The notes beneath the pieces were generated by a model. The model did not search any database. It worked only from the letters and a program-made list of their open reading frames with translations, and had not been told where the DNA came from. 20,000 bases of DNA from assembly GCF_001186125.1 (NCBI RefSeq), contig NW_014040418.1, positions 76,029 to 96,028 of the forward strand, in the 5' to 3' direction. Origin of the DNA: Sphaeroforma arctica JP610. Its lineage: Eukaryota. The translations under genes and the position numbers were made by a program. This document shows, piece after piece, positions 12,000 through 20,000 of the stretch (its first letter is position 1; each line of letters starts with the position of its first letter).

Positions 12000-12441
12000 T
12001 GGGGGACTAATAGTAAATTGCTAGTGTATCTAAAGTATGGTGCGTTCGAGATGAATTTATTTATGATCTCACTCTCAGTTATATACTGATGGTGTTTGTA
12101 CTAGTGTTCAACCACTTGGGTTGGCCAGAGTAAAATCTCATATGACCAGTATGAGAAACCTTATGCAGAACACTTTAGCACTCGGATATATTTTCTAGAA
12201 ATAAATATAACATATTCTCTGTTAATACACTCAGTCTCGGACCTCGGCTCTCGGCTAGCCGGTGGCCCGTATCCCATAAATAGAATAATCTGAGAAGAAG
12301 TCTCAAATTACTCTTAGGTTCTCTCGGGCTGACCCGTCTATACTTATATTAATTTGAGAACAAGTCCCAAATTACTCTCGGACTGACGACGTATAACGTT
12401 ATTAACGTATATGGAAATACATCTACTACTGTAGTCTCTCA
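12000..12441 (-). mobile_element. Solo LTR inserted between the methyltransferase and integrase regions
   Basis: Imperfect terminal inverted repeats TGGGGGACTA / TAGTCTCTCA. Flanks GATG (11996-11999) and GACG (12442-12445) form a 4-bp TSD with one transition. Shares the ~120-bp block and the TGAGAGACTACAG end with the other two copies. Confidence 0.75.
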
Positions 12442-12679
12442 GACGGCTGCCCCCCAACCCACTCTGGTGGAGTTGGCTGCACTTGAACGTCAGGCGGCAC
12501 AGGCCACAGAGCCTAAGCGCAAGATGCCTAATCGACGTGTGCGTCGGGCTAGTACTCGCCATGAGCAGGTACAGGCTGCCGTGCAGCGGTACTTGCCTCA
12601 ATTTAAGGAGGAGGTTGAGTCTGCTGTCAAGCTGGCTATGGAGGGCCCTTCTCCGTACCGTGTTCGTGGTTTTGTTCTC

Positions 12680-13632
12680 TCGTGGCCAGAGGTCCATACT
12701 GCGATTGCTGCCACGCACAAGGTATACATACACACATGCACTGTACGGTTGGAGCGGCCTGCGTTCGTTGATTCGAGTTGTCAAGCGTTCGTGTCATCGG
12801 TGTCAGCTTTGTGCTTCGCATGGTACACAGGAGTTAGGTTTACTCCAACAACCCAAGCGTGGGCGTGGGCTGTTTGACCATATCTTAGCTGGGTATACAC
12901 ATCTTTTGCAGAGCCACTTCGATGGTTCTGGTGAAGCCTACCCGTTCTAAGAGTGCTCGGAAGGCCATTAAGTTCCTTAATGAGGTTGTTCACCCGTGGG
13001 GCCAGCCCAAATTGTACAGGTGTGACAAAGACTCCGTGTTTATGGCCAATTAGTTCGCTGAGTTTGCACAACAGTCCGGCGGCGAGGTTCATGATGTCAC
13101 CACTAATCATCATCAAGCCAAGGCGCCGCTGAAGCGATGGTGAAGGTTGCTCAGGATTGGATCCTCAATTATATGACCGCCAAGGATGAGGGCGATGGGT
13201 CCCTTGGCGCTACAGGTTTCGCAACTGTTATAATGCTGCGACCACGGCCACTCAAGGCTTTGCCCCATACACTATGGCTACGAACCGTGTGTGTGATGGT
13301 GAGCGTGAGTTCAAGCTGGAGGCGGACGTACGCCGCCTGCTGGCCACTGAAAACTCGGTCCGTGCTCTGGTCCGTGATGATGCCGCCTTCCAGCGTACCC
13401 AGCGTGCCAAGGAAGCACAAAGGGTGATGGCGAATAAGGTTCGCAAACGTGCCCCAGACCTCGCTCCAGGTTCCCTAGTCAAGTTCAAGACTTCCCCTGA
13501 CCGCCCGAAGGCGGATGATAAATGGAAGGGCCCTGCTACTGTTCGATCGCAGGATGGCCCGGTTACATATACCATCTCTTTCCGAAGCAAGGAGGTGCGT
13601 CGGCACAGATCGCAGCTTCGCGCATACATCTC
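12680..13632 (+). pseudogene. DDE integrase, Gypsy type (HHCC region, core, GPY/F-like tail), frameshifted
   Basis: YGWSGLRSLIRVVKRSCHRCQ...GLLQ...LFDHI; WGQPKLYRCDKDSVF (D at 13024) to NHHQA(N)GAAE (E at 13131) gives D-35-E after restoring a 1-nt deletion; tail PGSLVKFK...KWKGPATV...YTI...RRHRSQLRAY. Confidence 0.92.
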
Positions 13633-13699
13633 CCCTATCTCCCCAATTATTGGGCAAGATGTGGATCTAGTGTTTTCTGGAGATTATGAGCAGTGGCTT

Positions 13700-14140
13700 T
13701 TCATGCGATCTCCTTTTCGCACGGCTCCGATCGAAGAACGACGGGCAGTGTTGCATCACCTTCGACACACGGAGAAGGGCTAGACGTGGAAGAGGCTGAT
13801 TAACTCAGCTTTTGATCTTCTACAGAAGGCATACACCTGGAAGGATAGACGGGTCAAATATCATTGTCTTCTGCTGCTCGAAAATTTCTTGCCAAGGAAT
13901 GTAAGCAGCTCTCCCCAGGAACTCTTCAGTCGCACATATCCCTTGTCGGGTCTGCGTTGGCGTTTGCCAAGGTCCCCTCATTCCGTGCTGAGAAGGTCAA
14001 GGAATGAACGGATGCGGCAAACAATAGGGCGCATACACCAATCTTGGGTGCGGCCTCCGTCGGTCAGCGAATTAAGTTGCCTGCCGGTTTGCCGAAAGCT
14101 TGGACGTTATCGCCGCCGGGATAATGGTGTTAGCGTGGCT
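13700..14140 (+). pseudogene. Possible N-terminal half of a DIRS-like tyrosine recombinase, truncated before the catalytic residues
   Basis: VLHHLRHTEKG*TWKRLINSAF...(fs)KFLAKECKQLSPGTLQSHISLVGSALAF...(fs)LDVIAAGIMVLAW resembles the YR core-binding region (FL......LSP.T...Y.S.V...L) and the D...A...L.W helix preceding the first catalytic Arg. No RHRY residues seen. Confidence 0.45.
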
Positions 14141-14741
14141 GCAAACACAGATTCGCAGTGAGAAGGAAACGGTGTCTGACGTTATCTCTGAGCGCAACTG
14201 TATGCGACAGCGATGTCTTGCCCAAATTGAGACTGCACTGCAAAATCTCTGGAACGATTCTCGACCAAAGATCGGTGTGCGTGCAGTTGAGGCACTCGGC
14301 AAACTGTGCACACGGCCACCTGTGCCAAATTCGGAGTCGCAGTATGTAAGAGACGACAGAGGTTTATGTAGGCTATGCAAGGACGTATGCATTACAGGGG
14401 AGCGTTTTGCCATTCTTCTTGGCTATAACTCATCTCTGAGAAGGACGTGTGATATGGTCGCAGACAATGCTCGCAAACGATTTACGGACATATTTTTCCG
14501 AGAGTATGAGTGTGAGCTTGCCGACATGACAAGTGAACGGAGGTACCTTGAGCGGTGCTTTGCTGGTCTCGCGGAGGAATTGGCATTTCAAAGGGATAGC
14601 GCGAAATATGTGACCAAGGCTTCCATACTATTTGGTATTTGTGTCAAAATAGAGACGGCTTTGGACGCTCTGGTGAGGTATTGCTACCAAAGCATTGAAA
14701 TGGATGCCGCATACCGACGGTTAAGCGACACGCCTTGTTGA
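14139..14741 (+). CDS. Second copy of the orphan ORF family, extending about 110 codons further 3'; joined to the truncated retroelement
   Basis: 14139-14409 is an inverted near-copy of 1200-1470; the frame stays open to TGA at 14739-14741. Confidence 0.5.
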   Translation: MQTQIRSEKETVSDVISERNCMRQRCLAQIETALQNLWNDSRPKIGVRAVEALGKLCTRPPVPNSESQYVRDDRGLCRLCKDVCITGERFAILLGYNSSLRRTCDMVADNARKRFTDIFFREYECELADMTSERRYLERCFAGLAEELAFQRDSAKYVTKASILFGICVKIETALDALVRYCYQSIEMDAAYRRLSDTPC

Positions 14742-14803
14742 GTTCTGGGTTGACGGTTTCAGATGTAATGGAGATGGAAAACCTACGAGTAGAAGGTACC
14801 TTA

Positions 14804-14823
14804 NNNNNNNNNNNNNNNNNNNN
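14804..14823. other. Assembly gap
   Basis: Run of N. Confidence 1.
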
Positions 14824-15144
14824 AGAGCTAGTCGAGTATTTTTAAATTGTGATGCCTGTCCCCGTACAGAAGATTATCCACGCCAGTCGTTAAGCCTGTC
14901 ACTGTACAGGAAATCGTCTACTCTTCAGAAAAATCACCGTTTTCAACAATTTCCATCGAGACAATACTCAACAGCACCAATTTGTAAACGTCTTCGACAA
15001 ATATACATTGGTTCAACGCTTATCGCCCAATCCATCTTCTACAGAGTCAACAATTTCACAATCCAGGTCATAAGTCTTCAGCCTTCATTAGTCTTTAGTT
15101 TCCAATTTTCTGCCTTCAGACTCCAGCCCATGTTGATTGTAAAA

Positions 15145-15155
15145 TTGAGGGGGAG
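15145..15155 (+). other. Polypurine tract of an LTR retrotransposon (Copia-like)
   Basis: TTGAGGGGGAG immediately followed by the TG that starts the LTR. Confidence 0.7.
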
Positions 15156-15620
15156 TGAGAGACTACAGGTTTCAAGCCAGATTTTACAGTAAGAACCCAT
15201 CTTTGATTTATGGAAGTCATCAGAATTAGCTCACTCATGAGAGCTAATAAAGTTGCTCAAATTACTCTCAAGAGTTGAATTATTACTTAACCGACTTCAT
15301 AGAGCAGATTTAGTTTCTCAACCGATTTCCGAGAGTGGATTAAGCCTGTCAACCACAACATATAAATAATAGCTGCGGCTCTATGTGAGTCACAACCTAT
15401 GCGGAAAGGCATCATGTGATCAGCGTGAGATTTAGTTGCAGAGAAGTTGAAATAGAAAAGCATCGAAGTTTTAAAGTGTTCCGCATAAGGTTTCTCATAC
15501 TGACCATATGAGTTTTTACCCTGGCCAACCCAAGCGGCTGAACACTAGCACAAACACCTTAGGTATAATACCAAAGGTGAGGTCAGAAATAAATACATCC
15601 ATTTGCACGGTACTCTAACA
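15156..15620 (+). mobile_element. 3' LTR (465 bp) with residual internal sequence upstream (14824-15155)
   Basis: TGAGAGACTACAG...TACTCTAACA (TG...CA), preceded by a PPT, homologous to the two inverted copies. Confidence 0.75.
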
Positions 15621-15631
15621 GTACCAACAAC

Positions 15632-17588
15632 ACACGTAAGCGAAAACGATGGGATGCGCAAATAGTATTCGCTGATAATGAGATCGAGGAAACAAGGCTG
15701 CGCGAAAAGTTTGGTGTGGGGCAACGAAACACTCGGAGGCGATAGAGAATTGCTGGTCAAGAAGTGGCTGCCTGGTTGCAGTTTGCAGGTACACACTATC
15801 CTGAACTTCTGAAAAACGCCAACGTGCGAAGCACCTTCACTGGGAAATACGAGCTGGAGTGTGCGGCACAGGGGATGTTGCGTAAAGACGACAATGTCGA
15901 TAACTATCAACTCGCGAGGTTGCTTTCAGACAAGAAAGGCCGGCCCGTAAGACTCGTCACAGACTTTGAGGGCAAGCAGAAGTCCTAAAGCCTCACCACC
16001 AGCTCACACTTCTCGCACTTCATGAGGACGTGTAGCAAGCTGGATGCACTGCGAGGAGTGATCAATATCGTACCCATCAGTGGGGTGTTTACTGAGGAAC
16101 ACTTTGGTCACGTGCTCATGCACTACTACAGTGGCGGTGATCTTGCTGCATGGATAAATGGCCACCCAAAGAGAGATCCAAAGTTGTGTCTACGGATAGC
16201 GCACCAAGTCGTGGCTGCAGTCGACAGCTTGCACACTCGGGACATTGTGCACTGTGACTTGAAGCCCGAGAACATATTTTGACGATGAAATTAGAGGTGA
16301 GCAATCCAGAATTTCGAGCCATTTAGCAGCTAGTTCGTGTCCATTTTTTGGGGCCATGTCTCGTTTGCACGGTAGAGAAATCTGAATATACTTAATGTAG
16401 GCTGATGGGGTCTCCCTGGTACATTATTATATATTTAGAAGCTTTCTATGATTCAGGCTTTCATTCGTATAATAAAAATCCGATCTGTACACAACAAACG
16501 TGTTATCGTCATTCATATACACTCGGGTGATCAGAACAGTAGCCGTGTTTTCTATAATTTGCTTTTCTATGTACAGGCTGTGCTGGGTGACTTTGACAAT
16601 GTGCGTGACGCAGACTGCACTATAACGACTGCGGTAGGAGTGACTCGCAAATACGAAGCACCCGAGATATGTAGCGGATTGGTGAGCAGATTTGCCAAGA
16701 GTGCAGATGTATATTCACTCGGCCTGGTGCTGGAAGAACTATTCAGTGGTGTGAGTGTTTCTGATACTTTAACGGCAGCGACGGACACGGCAGTCACCAC
16801 ACTCGTTGTTCAAATGACTCGAAAGCGACCAACTGAGCGTCTAACACTGTGTGAAGTGACAGCTATGTCAATTTTTATTGATCTGCAAAGTACTCGACTG
16901 TGTGGAATTTTCTGTGAGGCATATGTTGCAGCGGAGAGTCTAGTGTGTCGCAATGGGCACGTGACATGCAACGGCTGTGTGAACGACTGGTTGCGGTTTG
17001 ACCTGACTAACTCGAGCTTCATCACGCGGAATGCTGGACTACTACCATGATCAATGCAGATGAATGGGTGCGAGAAAGTGTGGGAACCGAAAGTATACGC
17101 CGCCCATGTCGAACAGAGTGTATTTGAAGAAGCCATGTGTCTGGTAAATAAGCCTAAGGTGGGCGAGGAGCTTTTGATCGAACAAGAGCACGAAGCTGCG
17201 CAGGATCGGGAGTTTCATTACATAGCTGACCAGATGCTGCCACTGAGATGTCCAGAAATGGGCCATGTACTTGACGAGTCGTTTGATGTTTGCTTCTCAC
17301 TGACCTGCGCGGTGTGTCCAAATGGCATCAACGAGTTCTGTGCTTTCTGTTGGGCATGCGCATGTGCTGAAATGTGCTCAGAATCCGAACCCGGGAGAGG
17401 TTTACAACGCTTTAGATGTATTTTACAAAATCAAGCGTAAGGAGCGGTCGCAGCAGCTGAAGAAGTACTGGGGTACGATCAAACTGGATGAAATGGCCAA
17501 GAAAAAGCTTACAGAACGGATACAGCCACTTCGGAACCAACTGAAGCCAGAGGGTACATACAAGTCTGTGGCAGACATCATTGCCTGA
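15632..17588 (+). pseudogene. Ser/Thr kinase - RING - Rcat/RING2-like fusion, disabled and 5'-truncated by the LTR
   Basis: Kinase motifs VLMHYYSGGDL, IVHCDLKPENIF, AVLGDFD, TRKYEAPE, SADVYSLGLVL, RPTERLT. RING-like CGIFCE...CRNGHVTCNGC...LP*(C)...GC, then LRCP...FDVCFSLTCAVC...FCAFC...HAHVLKC..NP. Stops at 15743, 15986 and 17048; frameshifts near 16280 and 17350. Confidence 0.88.
16297..16576 (+). other. Spliceosomal intron (280 nt) in the kinase domain
   Basis: GAG|GTGAGC donor and ttttctatgtacAG|GCT acceptor; splicing joins ...NIF(LTMKLE) to AVLGDFD at the expected spacing. Confidence 0.85.
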
Positions 17589-18298
17589 GTGGCAAGCCCG
17601 GCGCACAACATCCAACATATACCTTGTGCAATATGAGCAATACTTTGTGTGTCAGAAATTGTTTTGTCTGATTTACCAGTGGTCAACTCACCTATTTTTT
17701 AATTCTAAAAGCAGTGCATTATGGATTGACTATAGGGCATCGTCCCCGCTTTAGTAGTCTCCCTTTTCCAACCGCAAATAAATATTAGTAACGAAAGGAT
17801 ATACTGAGACAAGTCTATTAACGCTCCTCTACGCGACCCCATGCATTTTGTTTTCTCAGTACAGTCGTCACATAATAGCATATAGTCCTTTTACTACATC
17901 GATTTCTTACAGTCGAAGAGCCGTGCACAGGCATTTATATATATTTGCGTATGGTTGGTTTCTTGGCGACGAAAGTTATTATGCGGCTTCTCATGTAGAA
18001 TCATGTTGAAAGTGTTTGATATGAATGACTAGACATGTAATTTATTGCAGCGGCATGGAAGTGTGGACGTACATATTAAAGCATCAAAAGTTTTCAATCA
18101 AGTTCATACTTGTAAGCAAGTAAATCGTTTGATTGTAGCTCTCCTTGCCCTCTATGAGGCGCCTTACGGATCTTCTCCTTGTATCACGGGCATTTGAAGC
18201 AGCCGCCTGAAAATTTTATCTTTGCCTTTCACACATACTCTGTGGGCTCGCTTAAACTGTCTTACTATATCCCATTCGATTATAAATTATTGAGAGCG

Positions 18299-18945
18299 AT
18301 GAGATCGATTCAATAGGCGTATGCTATAATTTGAGAATCTATGTACTTGCTTCTGCAAGGAAAAAAAATTCAAGGCGAATCAATAGTTGTAGGTAAAAAT
18401 CTCTGTACCGTACTACCGTAGTACCTGGTTTAGTTCTTTTCAGGATCCTAGTTTAGCTGAAGAATCCTTATATAAATTCTTCGCAATCTACCCATAAAAT
18501 TTACAAAACGAGCGGAGCTCAGAGATATCCCTATTTTTAATGGATTTATATAAAAAATCTACTACACATAGTCTACACGAACTCATTTGATGCGATTGCA
18601 TTGAATGATTAAAATGAATCCATGAGATCGATTCAATAGGCGTATGTTATAGTTTGAAAATCTATGTACTTGCTTCTGGGAGCAAAAAAAATCAAGAAGG
18701 CGAATCAATAGATGTAGGTAAAAATTCTGTACAGTACTACCGTAGTACCTGGGTTAGTTCTTTTTAGGATCCTAGTTTAGCTGAAGAATCCTTATATAAA
18801 TTCTTTGCAATCTACCCATAATAATTACAAAAAGAACGGAGCTCAGAGATCTCCCTATTTTTAATGGATTTATATAAAATATCTACTACACATAGTCTAC
18901 ACGAACTCATTTGATGAGAATGCATTGAATGATTAAAATGAATCC
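18299..18945. repeat. Head-to-tail tandem duplication, 2 x about 323 bp (18299-18621, 18622-18945)
   Basis: Both units begin atgagatcgattcaataggcgtatg and end gaatgattaaaatgaatcc, with scattered substitutions. Confidence 0.97.
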
Positions 18946-18972
18946 ATCTTAACTTGTACGTGGTCCTATTGA

Positions 18973-19411
18973 TTTAGGGGGTTTTAGGGTTTATGCATAT
19001 TCACTTCTTTATGGTAAACAGTGGAAACCAATGGGTGGAGGGTGGGAAGTATGATATGGACAGGTGACTAAACAGGAAGTCTGTTCTCGTCCTATTTATT
19101 GCGGAGACTTTTATATTACGGAACATGCGTGTCGACTCTTATTGCGATGCAATTGATACATTTCAGATGTTTATGTATCTGATATATTTTAGATGTTTGT
19201 TTCGACATTTTGTCGTGGACGAGTCGTGTTCTTTTTCGAGATATCATACAGTATTGACATATTGTGTTATCCGCGTAAGCAGTTCTATAGAAGTTTGTGC
19301 ACCACATAAGGCAGTAACAAGATCGATGTCGTAGCTACGTCTGTGGTCAGATATACGATTTAGGGTTATTAAGGTTTATTTGTGGATCGGTCATAAACCC
19401 AGTTTAGGGTT
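18973..19411 (+). repeat. Scattered degenerate TTTAGGG telomere-like motifs
   Basis: tttagggggttttagggtttatg (18973-18995), tttagggttattaaggttta (about 19359-19378), taaaccc and tttagggtt (19394-19411). Confidence 0.35.
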
Positions 19412-19842
19412 CTGATCCGAATACGCACATGCGCTAATTGACCAGATGTTAATCGAGTAATATTGAATAAATAACCAACGACTCACCTCTGATGAGGGGA
19501 GTGCGTTGAGATATAGTGATTGACGCGTATTTACCACATTTTTAACTAGCTGATAGAGTTTGGTTGTGAATCGAATATTGCTTGAAAAATCTACTATTAA
19601 GTGGATTCGAACAAAAGAGATGCACGAGGGTACTAGATGCATTGGCCGCTAGAGATGCAGAAAGGTGGCCCAATTGGTGCGCACGCTAAGGTGATAAGAC
19701 CTTGTTGATTACGCGTGATTTGATACACAGAGGTGTTGTGTACTATCGTCGTGGTGATCATAGTATGTTGTGCACTGGCCCCAAAACACCGTTTTAGAAA
19801 TTGTGAATAGCATAGTCTGGCTTGACCTTACATTTCTCGTGA

Positions 19843-20000
19843 TAAAATATACATATATAATAGTATAAACACAAACGTATGTACCAAATTATATATATGT
19901 AATATAATTAATTACATGTATATGTGTATTCACGTAGGTGTATAAGTATATATATATATATAATATACTATATAGTATATATATATATATATAGATATAT
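19843..20000. repeat. Degenerate (TA)n low-complexity tract
   Basis: Multiple TA runs to the end of the window. Confidence 0.85.

Larger units (their letters stand above)
10177..14140 (+). mobile_element. Decayed Ty3/Gypsy-type pol region with extra domains: RT-RNaseH-methyltransferase-integrase-(YR-like)
   Basis: Collinear, same-strand domain motifs broken by stops and frameshifts; gag, protease and its own LTRs are not visible. Confidence 0.9.

Noticed and set aside
14796..14800. GTACC before the gap equals the 5 bp after the LTR at 15621-15625 (possible TSD)
   Set aside because: It is followed by TTA rather than the LTR start TGAGAG, and the gap prevents verification
9810..15583. Inverted repeats bracketing the hybrid element, plus an internal copy, suggesting DIRS ITRs and an ICR
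   Set aside because: The repeat has TG...CA ends, a PPT before one copy and a TSD around another, and it cuts into RT and pol coding sequence. It is better explained as a separate LTR family.
1..20000. CRISPR array, tRNA or rRNA genes, prokaryotic operon or retron
   Set aside because: No regularly spaced repeats or RNA-gene signatures seen; introns and LTR-type RT motifs indicate eukaryotic DNA

Overview
Eukaryotic, repeat-rich window with spliceosomal GT-AG introns; a protist or alga is likely, but the host cannot be identified from the sequence. Left part (minus strand): an ankyrin-repeat gene built from phase-0 exons that each encode one repeat (about 1964-5590), preceded by an orphan ORF fragment (1171-1851) that recurs inverted at 14139-14409. 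Centre (10177-14140, + strand): a decayed retroelement with Ty3/Gypsy-type RT, RNase H and DDE integrase. It also carries a DIRS-type Dam-like methyltransferase between RNase H and integrase, and probably the N-terminal half of a tyrosine recombinase after the integrase. This hybrid architecture is the most interesting feature. Three copies of a separate LTR family (9786-10176, 12000-12441, 15156-15620) truncate, split and follow it. Right part: a kinase-RING-Rcat-like pseudogene with one intron, a 323-bp tandem duplication, degenerate TTTAGGG motifs and a TA-rich tail. All domain calls come from recognising motifs by eye; no searches were run.
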